A model generated the notes under the pieces. The model made no database searches. It was given only the letters and a program-made list of their open reading frames with translations, and was not told the DNA's origin. From the NCBI GenBank assembly GCA_964106915.2, contig OZ066922.1: a stretch of 64,000 bases of DNA. One strand, given 5' to 3'. The DNA is from Podarcis gaigeae. Its lineage: Eukaryota. Of this stretch, positions 13,811 through 24,825 are shown in pieces. Position 1 is the stretch's first letter. Every line of letters starts with the position of its first letter. The translations under genes and the position numbers were made by a program.

Positions 13811-13894
13811 TGATACCAAAGCATCAAACTCCACTTAACACAAGCCTGCTCTGAATCCCTTTTAGGACTCCATTAATCACTAACAAAATATATA

Positions 13895-14133
13895 CAGTGG
13901 TACCTTGGTTTACAACCATAATCTGTTCCGGAGGTCTGGTTGTAAACCAAAACAGGTTGTAACCCAAGGCGCGCTTTCGCCAATGAGGCTTCCCCCCCCT
14001 CCCAAGGATTGTAATAAAAAAGAAAAGAAAAAAGGGTTGTAATAAAAAAAAAGGGACACACACTTCCGGGTTTGACGTGGTTGTAATCCAAAATGGTTGT
14101 AATCCAAAATGGATGCAAACCAAGGTACCACTG
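13895..14133. mobile_element. Tc1/mariner-pogo (Tigger-like) MITE
   Basis: 17-bp perfect TIRs CAGTGGTACCTTGGTTT / AAACCAAGGTACCACTG, TA on both sides and subterminal GGTTGTAA repeats. Confidence 0.9.
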
Positions 14134-14367
14134 TACATTATTGAAATTAACAAGTATTAATTGCAAGTATTTTTTTATCTGTGTGGCAAAACATTTGGCT
14201 TCCATCTTCATCAGCTGCTCTGATAAAAATGGCACAATGTTGTTTCCAAGGTGGGAGTTATACAGATTTGAGAATGGGATGCTCAGAAAGGCTTTGTTTG
14301 CTGAATGCTCAGTCTTGATGTCAAAGTTGATGAGCACCATAATCACTTAGCATCAACTACCAACATA

Positions 14368-14732
14368 GGGATGCAGGTGGCGCTGTGGGTTAAAACCTCA
14401 GCGCCTAGGACTTGCCAATCGAAAGGTCGGCGGTTCGAATTCCTGCGGCGGGGTGCGCTCCCGCTGCTCGGTCCCAGCGCCTGCCAACCTAGCAGTTCGA
14501 AAGCACCTCCGGGTGCAAGTAGATAAATAGGGACCACTTACCAGCGGGAAGGTAAACGGTGTTTCCGTGTGCAGCTCTGGCTCGCCAGAGCAGCGATGTC
14601 ACACTGGCCACGTGACCCGGAAGGGTCTCCGGACAGCGCTGGCCCCTGGCCTCTTGAGTGAGATGGGCGCACAACCCCAGAGTCTGTCAAGACTGGCCCG
14701 TACGGGCAGGGGTACCTTTACCTTTACCTTTT
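14368..14732 (+). mobile_element. Full-length young Sauria SINE
   Basis: GGG start, A-box GGTGGCGCTGTGG, B-box GGTTCGAATTC (14432-14442) and (ACCTTT)n tail. Exact 10-bp TSD TACCAACATA at 14358-14367 and 14733-14742. Confidence 0.95.
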
Positions 14733-15611
14733 TACCAACATAAAAAATCTTCTGTTTTGTTCATCACAAATATTCATATATATGTATGAACATTAAGAGT
14801 TTATATGATGGTGGGAGGGGGTTCTTTCTTTCTTTTATTTATATTTTGACTTCTCACATACATAGCAGAGAGTTTTGCACCCATGGGAAACACACTCTGA
14901 GTTCAACTGAGTAGGGCAGGTGTTGCATATACTGGGATGCTGCATTTAACACTGTGATCCTGATTCTGAAAAGGTTGATGAGGTAATGAAATTCTGAATA
15001 TTAGCGAAACATAATGTATGTATTTTTAAAAGATAAGCCATTGAACAATAGAAGCAGATTCCTGGAAAATGTTGCAGATTACCTATCTCTGGAGATATCT
15101 TCTTAAAAAAGAATAAATGTGCATCTGTTAGGAATGGTGTAGCTACACTATCACCACCAAGGGATTGAACTAGAGGACCTTCAGCAATGTTTCCAAGTTT
15201 ATGATCCTGCATTTTTTCCCTTTATGAAGGAAGCCTGATTTCACCTTTTTGGGGATCCTTCCCATTTCTTCTCATGGACACTGTTTGTTTCTCTCCTGAA
15301 TGCTCAAAGTCCATATATCTTAAATGGTAGAGAATTAAGGTGGTATTTAAGGGGGGAATCTACCCTAATTCTTTAGCCATATATGATTTATAGATTATAG
15401 ATGGATATTTAGAAAATCTGTAAAAGAAAGACAACGTCTCACAGAAACAGGCATAATCCTTTGTTATGAAAATCAAAAAGAGTATTTTCCTCTTAATATT
15501 ATTTTCTTCAGATGGCAGATCATAATTGCTATACTAGGTGTGTCAGTATGCAAAAGTTTTCCCATATTGCATACATACAGTTCCATTGATAATATTCCAA
15601 ATTGATATATA

Positions 15612-15880
15612 GCAGGGCCTTCTGGTTATGGCACCCCAGTTATGGTACTCTCTTTCATTAGAGATACATTTGTCCTCTTGTTGATGCCTTTTTATTGCCT
15701 ATTAAAGTCATGTGGTTCATCCAGCTTTATGCCTCATGTGAGGCATCCTGCAGTGATTTACAATAGAATTTTATGGTTTTGTTGTTGATTTTATGTTACA
15801 TTTTACTCTATTTATGCATCCTGAGACCATCAGTTGAAGGGCAGTTTAAAATATTATTATTAATAATAATAAAATAATAC
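15612..15880 (+). mobile_element. L2-like LINE 3' end, degraded
   Basis: 'agggccttctggttatggcaccccagttatgg..ctct' resembles the RAFS..AP.LWNSLP motif. It is followed by a T-rich UTR, 'cctgagacc..gaagggcag' and a (TAA)-rich tail. Confidence 0.55.
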
Positions 15881-17848
15881 AGTACATAAATGCACACATC
15901 CTTAAGTGCATAATACAGAGAACATGGAGCTGAGCTAAGTACATTGGATTTTGAGAGGTGTTTTTTTTTTAACACATTACTTCTGAAAACTCTAATGAGC
16001 ATTTCATAAGCACTTGCTAATAGTGCCCAATTTTAAAAAATGAGTTATGTGTCAACATTTATTTTTGCACATGCCAAAATAGTAGTATCCCACTTGAATG
16101 TCTCTGTATTCTATTTTAACAAAATGCTCTGTTGTAAGAGAGAAGGGAGTTCAGAAAAGACAAATGAAATTGCTGAGCTTACTATGTGGCTTTTTATTTA
16201 CTTTTAATACCTCTGTATATAAATAATTCAGCTCTTCAGTTCCCCAGCTGTTTAGTTTTCATATCCAGCTACAGGAGCAAGTCATTTTTGCCTCTGCTTT
16301 TGTTATACAAACACTGTCAAGCACATACTCTGAGTTTCCTTTTAGTGAGCTACTAATTGCAATAATAGTAGTCTGAATGGTAAATACTTGCAATGTGATC
16401 CATCAATGTTTCGCAGAGCTCTGATAGTCCTATGGAGCTGCGCATGAACCTTAGGCCTGTCCCCTCCCAAACCCAATCCCCATTCACATGATTGTTGTGA
16501 AATCATCGGGTAATCCTTGCTGGTATGTTTATAGATAAGCAAGCAGAAGCCAGAAATAAGCTTGAACCTCTGAGTTGACTTTAAACAAAACCTTTCTTCA
16601 CCTTGAGATGTTTCACAATCATGTCTTTCTGCTACATAGTTCTTCTGTACTGTATCCTTAATGTTTAGATCTTGCACTCATATTTATTTATTTCTTATAG
16701 TTACAGTATATAAGATTGCCCAATTACATTGTTCACTAATTTTCAGGGTGACGTAACACAATACAATAACAATTAAAATACGAAAAGGTTGCGCCGTAAA
16801 AGGCAAATATAAAATAACACCTTGCAACCTAAACGTTTCCAGCCGATGGAATAAAACCAGATGACTAAATTACTCAGCATATAAACGGTGGTTCAAAACT
16901 GTAAAATCACAATTTGTTGTTGTTTTTTGGAGGCCCAAGAGAATGAACAAAAATTCACCTGGCACTAGAATGACCATAAAGAAGGTGCCAGATGAGCCTC
17001 ATAGCAAGGGGCACAAATGCCTACTCCAAAGAAGAAATGGAGCGTGGCAATTCTTTTACTTAATGGCCTTGCCACCCAGACTAAGAAAATAATAGAAATA
17101 AACACAGTTGAAGTCAGCAATGGCTCCCTGAACTAACAAAGTCAGTTCCAGTAGAAAGTCGTGATTTCATCCCGGTGGAAAATGGTCACATGAGCAGCGT
17201 ATTATATCACCCATTTCACTGCATGCCCATATTTACAATGACTTTTAAAATATCCTGTGGTCAAGTGGTTTCATTCATTTCTCCTATATTGAAGCCTCCA
17301 AAAGGTACCACAGCAGCCTGTGGTTCCAATTATGAATCCAATGTGATTGGCAATGCTCAACAAAATGTGGACATAATTTGAAGAAAGCTCGTGGCTTAAA
17401 ATGTACAATCCTTTGGTTCATGTTAAACATCATAAGGGACAAAGCAGTCTCTGAAGGTATTTGGGGATAAAGAGGCAGAGGAGATGAGAGCCAAGCTAGC
17501 AGGGTGGCCCAAGGAAGCTAGGTGGGCAGGCTTACAGATGGAGCTCCAAGTTGTGTTGGGTCAGATCTGTTACAAGTAGGCTGCCACCTGTACTTTAGCC
17601 ATCGCAGACACTTAAATTCTGGCAGCTCAGAAAACCAAGGAACTGCTTTTTTCCAAGCCAGTGGGCAAAGGTGGTAATCCCCTGGGTCAGTTTTCCATTC
17701 CACAGGCCAACTGGGACTTTCAACAGGGAGGCTTTGTGGGTCAGCTTGAGGCATTTGGGCTATTGGGTTGTTTTTATTTTTATTAGGTATTTTGTGGTTT
17801 TATATCTTGATTTTATTCTGTGAACTGCTATGAGACCCCCAGGTATAG

Positions 17849-17850
<2 letters not shown>

Positions 17851-17896
<46 letters not shown>
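17851..17896. repeat. (TAA)n microsatellite
   Basis: About 15 TAA units directly abutting the Bov-B tail. Confidence 0.95.
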
Positions 17897-17897
<1 letters not shown>

Positions 17898-18405
17898 TTG
17901 TTTAGTCGTTTAGTCATGTCCGACTCTTCGTGACCCCATGGACCAGAGCACGCCAGGCACTCCTGTCTTCCACTGCCTCCCACCATTTGGTCAAAATCAT
18001 GCTGGTAGCTTCGAGAACACTCTCCAACCATCTCGCCTCTGTCGTCCCCTTCTCCTTGTGCCCTCAATCTTTCCCAACATCAGGGTCTTTTCCAGTGAGT
18101 CTTCTCTTCTCATGAGGCAGCAAAGGATTGGAGCTTCAGCTTCACGGTCTGTCCTTCCAGTGAGCACTCAGGGTTGACTTCCTTCAGAATGGAGAGGCTT
18201 GATCTTCTGGCAGTCCATGGGACTCTCAAGAGTCTCCTCCAGCACCATAATTCAAACGCATCAATTCTTCTGTGATCAGCCTTCTTTATGGTCCAGCTCT
18301 CACTTCCATACATCACTACTGGGAAAACCATAGCTTTAACTATACGGACCTTTGTTGGCAAGGTGATGTCTCTGCTTTTTAAGATGCTGTCTAGGTTTGT
18401 CATTG
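17897..18405 (-). mobile_element. Bov-B LINE, 5'-truncated 3' end
   Basis: ORF 18110-18403(-) MTNLDSILKSRDITLPTKVRIVKAMVFPVVMYGSESWTIKK...; frameshifted downstream; same 3' UTR as the 4326 copy. Confidence 0.95.
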
Positions 18406-18436
<31 letters not shown>

Positions 18437-18485
18437 ATAATAATAATAATAAATAAATAAATAAATAAAATAAAATAAAATAAAA
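18406..18485. repeat. Compound microsatellite (ACT)n(AAT)n(AAAT)n(AAAAT)n
   Basis: Directly visible. Confidence 0.95.
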
Positions 18486-19093
18486 GCCAAAGGATCTGAC
18501 TGCCTCTCATTGGACCATCTTAATAAGTCCTCAAAGAAGGCACCAATAGCTCTTCCAATTACTTGCTCCATTCTTCAGGCACTGAGCACTGATGTGTGAC
18601 ATCAACAAGGAGCTCTGAAAATCCTTCCCATTTAATGTTTTTGTGTTTAATTGCATTGAGCTGTATGTAGCCTGTTCTGGGACTGCATGGTGAATGGTGG
18701 GCTATAAATGCCTATGAATGAACATATTAATAAATTGTGAATGGTTTCTGAATGAGAACTTAGGATTGCTTTGCAGAAAAATGGGCTGAATCACCAAGTC
18801 ATGAACCCCATTTACAAAGTCAGAATCAATCTTTCACCATCTCTTAAGCGAGGGTGGGGAGGAGAGATTTGGCTTCCTCCTGCAAGGCAAATACATGCAG
18901 ATATTTAGAATGGGCGATTTTAGAGCATTTCAGTCATACTGGTAACATTGTCCTTCAGCAGAACAGAGCAATGGTTTTCCCATTGTGTTCTTTATTATAA
19001 TGTGCATCCATTGTACTTGGCATGTAGATGGCTGCATCCTTTGAATAAATATAGGGAGAGCTAGCAAGAATATATGACATTTTGAATTGGTTA

Positions 19094-19100
19094 ATATATA

Positions 19101-19131
<31 letters not shown>
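19094..19131. repeat. (TA)n microsatellite, left flank of the Penelope-like insertion
   Basis: Directly visible, with one TGTG interruption. Confidence 0.95.
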
Positions 19132-19208
19132 GCTTTCGTAGATTTTCACGGGTACAGGAATGCAGGTTTTGGTGTCCTCGGGTGTCTTCCCGTGTAAAAG
19201 TTGGGGTG

Positions 19209-19256
19209 TCTAGGCGACGTTTCGACGAGGTCTCACTCGTCATCTTCAGGCTGGTG
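19209..19256 (-). ncRNA. Minimal type I hammerhead ribozyme motif (left arm)
   Basis: Reverse complement of the motif at 20221-20268; core at 19216-19249. Confidence 0.7.
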
Positions 19257-19818
19257 CTTTCGGCTTCTTGTTACTGGAACAGAGCGGGATCTCAATGTTT
19301 GAGTTCCTATAAATACTGTAGAGGGGGTGTGGTGTCTAGCCTCCAATGTTCTGGGCAGAGAGGAAGTTCCCAGGCTAGTGTGCCTTTTCTTCTTTTGTTC
19401 CTTAATTACTTGAGAGATACCTTGAGTGATTTCTTGAGTGATATCCTGAGTACCACTTAGGTGGGTCATTAGGTGTGGATTAGTTGCTAAAGTCTTTGTG
19501 TCTTGACCTCTTGAACTTTGTGAAGAGTTTTCCTGAGAAGATGGCTGTATTGCACTTAGTTGTGCTTTGGCTTGGCTTCGTGTATAGGGGCGAGCTGTGG
19601 TTTTGTGGCTTGTGTCAGCCAGATCTGTGTAGGGATTGCAGGGGGGTGCAGCATCCGGAGGTGCCACCATGGATTGGCTACTGGATGGTGTCAGTAATTC
19701 ATCTGTGGAGAGGGTCTGGGTTTGGGTCTGGTGTGGTTGATTGGTGTTGGCGTTCTGTGTGCCTCTGGATCTGGTGTCAGTTTTTGTGGGGAGGGCTAAT
19801 TTCCAGATGTCTGGCAAG
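19233..19818 (-). pseudogene. C-terminal fragment of the Penelope-like ORF (GIY-YIG end plus long S/T/Q/P-rich tail)
   Basis: Open frame from LPDIWKLAL to ...PEDDE* with no native start. The ATG at 19841 comes from the opposite arm. Confidence 0.6.
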
Positions 19819-20220
19819 CCGGATGCTGCACCCCCCTGCAATCCCTACACAGATCTGGCTGACACAAGCCACAAAACCACAGCTCGCCCCTATACACGAA
19901 GCCAAGCCAAAGCACAACTAAGTGCAATACAGCCATCTTCTCAGGAAAACTCTTCACAAAGTTCAAGAGGTCAAGACACAAAGACTTTAGCAACTAATCC
20001 ACACCTAATGACCCACCTAAGTGGTACTCAGGATATCACTCAAGAAATCACTCAAGGTATCTCTCAAGTAATTAAGGAACAAAAGAAGAAAAGGCACACT
20101 AGCCTGGGAACTTCCTCTCTGCCCAGAACATTGGAGGCTAGACACCACACCCCCTCTACAGTATTTATAGGAACTCAAACATTGAGATCCCGCTCTGTTC
20201 CAGTAACAAGAAGCCGAAAG

Positions 20221-20268
20221 CACCAGCCTGAAGATGACGAGTGAGACCTCGTCGAAACGTCGCCTAGA
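20221..20268 (+). ncRNA. Minimal type I hammerhead ribozyme motif (right arm)
   Basis: CTGAAGA (20228-20234), an extra T, helix II GACGAG/CTCGTC with loop TGAGAC, GAAAC, then a GTC cleavage triplet (20259-20261). Helix III is reduced to palindromic ACGT. Helix I is weak, with only 2 contiguous GC pairs. Confidence 0.7.
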
Positions 20269-20312
20269 CACCCCAACTTTTACACGGGAAGACACCCGAG
20301 GACACCAAAACC

Positions 20313-20315
<3 letters not shown>

Positions 20316-20355
<40 letters not shown>
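20316..20355. repeat. (TA)n microsatellite, right flank of the Penelope-like insertion
   Basis: About 20 AT units. Confidence 0.95.
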
Positions 20356-20358
<3 letters not shown>

Positions 20359-20397
20359 CATGAGAATTTTTTTGGGTGCTGTACCTGATCAGTCCAT

Positions 20398-20401
<4 letters not shown>

Positions 20402-20449
<48 letters not shown>

Positions 20450-20477
20450 CCTCCCTCCCTCCCTCCCTCCCTCCCTC
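20402..20477. repeat. (CT)n(CCCT)n polypyrimidine microsatellite
   Basis: Directly visible. Confidence 0.95.
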
Positions 20478-20864
20478 TTTACCACATGAAACAGGAAGGG
20501 CAAGTGACTGAACACTAACGGCTGAAACCTGATTACGGAATCCGAGGAAGCACTAAAATACTATCATTCTACATCTGTTTAATCCTTAGTGATTGACAAA
20601 ATAGCTATAACTCATGGCAGATTAGTACTGCCCAGTCTGGCACTGTAGGTCAGATAATTTCTTTCACGGATCTTTAAACTTCATTACAAGTCTGCTTCAG
20701 TAGATGATGTGAACTCTGTTGCACTGAAACTAGGTCAGTGGGTTACTGAGTAATAATGTCACATGGAATAATACTGTTGCAGGCTGGATTAATTATAATT
20801 ATGTGTGATTATTTTCCCCCAGTATATACAATCACATTTTCTTCTAGGAATTACCTATTATAGG

Positions 20865-21043
20865 AATAAAGGAAATTCCCTTGTACTGAGTCAGATCTAG
20901 CTCACTTTGGTCTACACTGACCGGCAGTAGCTGTCATGGGTTTCAGACAGGTCTCTCTCAGCCTAACACGTAGATGTTGGGGATTGAACCTGGGACCTTT
21001 TTCATGCAAACCATCTTCTCTGTGGCTGAGCTATGGTTCCTTT
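20865..21043 (-). mobile_element. tRNA-derived SINE with CR1-like tail (Squam2-like), old
   Basis: Reverse B-box 'ggggattgaacctgggacc' and reverse A-box 'ctgagctatgg'. Related copies lie at 23614-23740(+), 25780-25978(-) and 56843-56975(+). Confidence 0.65.
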
Positions 21044-23613
21044 CCTAAGAGTGTATGATGTTATAACAAGCTGACCTTCTTTCAATAGGAAAATGTCTTG
21101 TTAATAGACATGGGTGATTGATTTCCTCGGTAGGAACTAATGGTAAGTAAATACAGCTGGAGATTTGTCTCTAGTGTTTGAAACAGGAGATCCATCAGAC
21201 GTTGGAGAAGGTGACTCCCCTAGGCTCCCAGGTAAGAGTAGGGGCCAGGTGTGTAAGTAAGCACTAGTCAAAGAAAAAGACAACGGAGAGTGTTCAACAT
21301 TATTGTTGAACCTTATGGGGCAAAGGTATGCATTTTGTTGTTGTTGTTGTTCCATTGTGCTCATAAAGATTCTTTATTTGGTACATGATTTGTGTCTATT
21401 TTCCATAAAGTTTGATCTGTGACAGCAAATATGACTTGAGTAAAATTGTACTCAGTGTGTTTTTATTTGTTTCAGGTTCTTTTGTAGAATGAACAACTGC
21501 TGCCCAGTCAAGAAAAGGGGACATGCCATGTGATGTGTTTTGAGAGAACTAATTCACAAGGTGCTTTATCCATATAAAATATGGTAATAATTATATATAA
21601 TTCCATCTTTTGTTACTTGCATTTGAAAAAATGAAGATGACTTTTCATATATTCCAATACAGATATATTCACTATTAATTTAAGTTATTAAGTTATCCCA
21701 ACTGGGAAAGAAGACAATTTAATGCTATATACCTGAAGGCTGATAGATTTTTGAACCTTTAATTAATAGACATTCTGCCATAAACAGCAGTATGCACTCA
21801 ATGGTCATGTGTGTGTGTGGAATAAATAGACAAAACCAGAACAATCCCTTTTCCATAAAGAAATCATTGATCTGAAAAACAGATGGAGATAAAATGAAGA
21901 TGCATTCACAGAGAAAAACAATTACTTCAAGATGGACCACATAGGTTGATAAAAGAGATACTGGATAAATAATACTATAAATTACATATAGTCTGCTCCA
22001 GCCCAGAACTCTTGAGTGCTGTCTAGTAATCATAAGCCAATTCTTTAAAAACCAATCTATTGAATGTAGTCTTGATGTTGTCAGGTAAACGTTCTTATTT
22101 CTGGCTTTATTTCTTTCAGTTCCTGCTCAAAAGTGGGCCTATTGTCTTACAGCCAGATACTTAAGTTTAGGGATTCCTTGTGGATGAATGGGTTTGAATG
22201 CAGAACTTGAATTCTATTTGCTAGTGATTCTTTTCTATTCATTTCAATGGAGGAAGTAGAGATGCATATGAAGGCTTGCTTAAGTTGGCCTGGCCAACCT
22301 GGCTTGGCATGGACAACACTTTTGGTATGAGCAAAACTAGCCTGACATGGGAAAACCTTTGATTCTCAGTCTGTGTGGAGCTTTATGCTGTTAACCACAA
22401 TTTAAAGACAGGTGGACTATGCAAAGGTATGTCTGGACTGCAAAGCTGTCAAGCTGATGTTTGAACTAAATCAAGGAAGGCCATGCAGAGATGGCACGAT
22501 TTGGAAGCAGCAGAAAGGGAAGCGTGATGTGTGTGAGAGAGAGGAGAAAAGAACAAATAGGGAATATTCAGTCTGGATGATCAGAGGTACTAGAAAACAG
22601 CTGAAATACAATGGCTTTAGTTTACAAGTTAGGAATGGTTCCTCCTTCACCTGTATGCTTACAGAGACCATTTATGCAGTTATCACACCACATAGATAAC
22701 AGGTGAAGAAATAATGCAAGTGTACCATGAGGCCTTCAGCCAGTTTTTGCAAGCACAGGGGATGGAAGATTCTAGCATAAGGAGAAAACAAATGTTATAA
22801 AAAGGCAAGAGGGGAAAAAAACAGAAGGTAAGCAAACGAGAATATAGGATGCAATTAGTTCAAGTTGTGTCAACTGAAGAAGAGACTTTGAAGTAGAACT
22901 CAGTGGGTGACATAATGCAGGGTGGCCTGCCTGTTCCATAGATGACGACTTGTCCTGGACTGACAGGAGAAGGTTCAGAACCCACTTCTGCCTGAAGATC
23001 AGAGGACTGGTCATCCACCATTTGCTTTCAGTGAACCATCTCTGATTGGTAATTATTATCCCCTGTTGTGGTTGACGTCGCGTGGGCAGTTGCTTTGAAT
23101 TTTAGTATTGAAACATTGTGGGCATTTGCTTTGCATTGTATTTAGTAAAAGCCAGTCGTGCTTTTTTTCAAAGCTTGGATTTCTGTTCCTGTTTACATTG
23201 TCTGTAGGAACCTAGTAAACCCTCATGCTGACCTATGTTACATGCAGAGATGAGTGCTAGCTAATGCAGTGGTTCTTTAGGCAAAAGTAGAAGCTGCCCA
23301 CCATGGCAGTACAAATATCTTGTGGTGCTGAGAGGCATCAGCGGAGGTGTGAAGCTGGTGGGTGTGTACTGATATAATCAGGGCATCCACTCAGCAACCC
23401 TGCAGTCGTACCACCGCTACTGTCACCTCCCAGTACATAATGGAAGGACCCTCCTGCCACTATTGGTATGCTGTTGTGGCTGGTGGTTTTACCTGTTCCT
23501 TCCACTGAAATGAATCTGACATGTTGCGTGTACTATGAAGCCAAAGTGAAGCTTCTGGTCAATACAAGTGGATTAGATTCACTTGTCCCTATCCAGCAAA
23601 TGAGATCTAAGTA

Positions 23614-23740
23614 GTCATAGCTCAGCTGTGGAGCTCATCCTTCCAAGTTAAGTGCCTGGTATCTCTTGGTGAACTAGCCAGTATAGACAATACTCAGCTA
23701 GAGGGACCATTCAGTTTAAGGCAATTCCTTATGTTCTTCC
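23614..23740 (+). mobile_element. Squam2-like SINE, degraded
   Basis: 'catagctcag...tagacaatactcagctagagggacca...aaggcaattccttatgttct'. Confidence 0.5.
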
Positions 23741-24784
23741 TGTGTGTGCTTTATTAAAGCACCCCTGGGCTATGATAGACATCCAGGTTGGGGCATCATT
23801 TTCAGTTCTGTAATTTCATTTTTAATTTGATGGCAATCAATGCTATTACAATCCAATAACTGGAAGAAACGTAAGACAGAAAATTTATTTGCATTGCTAC
23901 CCAATTTAAACCTATGCAACTAAGTCAACTTACTACCATGGAAATCAATGTAACTAAATCAATACATGCCTATGCATGGTATTTTAAGTGATTTTTGGCT
24001 CCCCCTCATTTAGGTAATGGGTATTTAAAGGAAATATGCATGCTTCTAAAGGGAAAAGTGTTTTTGTTTTTATTTTAAATAAAAATGTTAAAAGGTTAAG
24101 GCTATTTTTAATTGGGGGGAGACATTTTCTGCTTATAACAGTAATCTGTAGATTAATGTTTCCTGTGTTTTTATGATGCATTCTATATAGCACCAGAAAA
24201 TAGTATAAAAAGGTATAATTACAGCCATTCTTAGACTGCTGGCATGTAATGACCTTCACTTCAACTCTGCAGGCTGGACTGAAATCTGTTCATATTTTTT
24301 AAAATAAAATTTATAGCTAGTGATTTGAAAAAGCATCAAGTACTTTTCATGTGCCCTGTGGACTGTTACAGAATGGAAAAATGAATAGTGGAGGTGGAGC
24401 AGATTTCTGTGGTTAGATATGAAGCTTCTTTTTAGTTGACTGTAAGAGTGTAGCACTAGCAGGCGCATTTAAATTTGAGCAGAGCCACTGCTTAAACAAG
24501 ACCCATGCCTCACCACTGGCTACTCTCTAAGGCATATTCCTTGAATTATGAAGGGAACATGATATCTGAGTTGGGCGCATTGTTGGTCAATGGTTCTTTT
24601 TTAAAAATTGTATCTTTGTGGTACCATATAAGTTATTTCTTCACTTCCATTACCAAAGCTCCTATGGTTCCAATGAAATTTTTGCTGTAATAACGCTAAA
24701 AATAAGAGGCAAAGAATTAAAAACAGTTGGCTAGTAAAAAAAAATTGGCTGTATTTCTGGAAGGTACCTGTAAAAGAATGAGTG

Positions 24785-24786
<2 letters not shown>

Positions 24787-24821
<35 letters not shown>
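24787..24821. repeat. (GT)n microsatellite
   Basis: Directly visible. Confidence 0.95.

Positions 24822-24825
<4 letters not shown>

Larger units (their letters stand above)
19132..20317. mobile_element. Penelope-like retroelement, 5'-truncated, with inverted pseudo-LTR
   Basis: The minus-strand copy 19132-19818 begins with LPDIWKLAL, resembling the end of a PLE GIY-YIG domain. It is joined head-to-head to a plus-strand copy at 19819-20317. There is a hammerhead core near each 3' end and a 28-nt extension on one copy only. Inverted pLTRs, short tails and hammerheads are known Penelope hallmarks. Confidence 0.85.
19160..20317. repeat. Long inverted repeat: 499-bp arms (19160-19658, 19819-20317) with a 160-bp spacer
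   Basis: Arm ends mirror exactly (coordinate sum 39477). Translations of both arms in the ORF track are identical in three frames wherever they overlap. Confidence 0.97.

Noticed and set aside
14368-14450. tRNA gene
   Set aside because: The A and B boxes belong to a SINE head and are followed by SINE body and tail. The same applies to the other SINE heads.
19741-20244. 167-aa ORF as an independent gene
   Set aside because: It is a chimera across the inversion junction: antisense spacer fused to the duplicated Penelope-like tail.
19160-20317. DNA transposon with long TIRs
   Set aside because: The spacer continues one arm's reading frame, the ends are asymmetric and hammerhead cores are present, all of which fit Penelope inversion better.
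22721-23242. Solo LTR (TGTA...TTACA)
   Set aside because: The flanks (GCAAG vs TGCAG) do not give a clean TSD, so support is insufficient.
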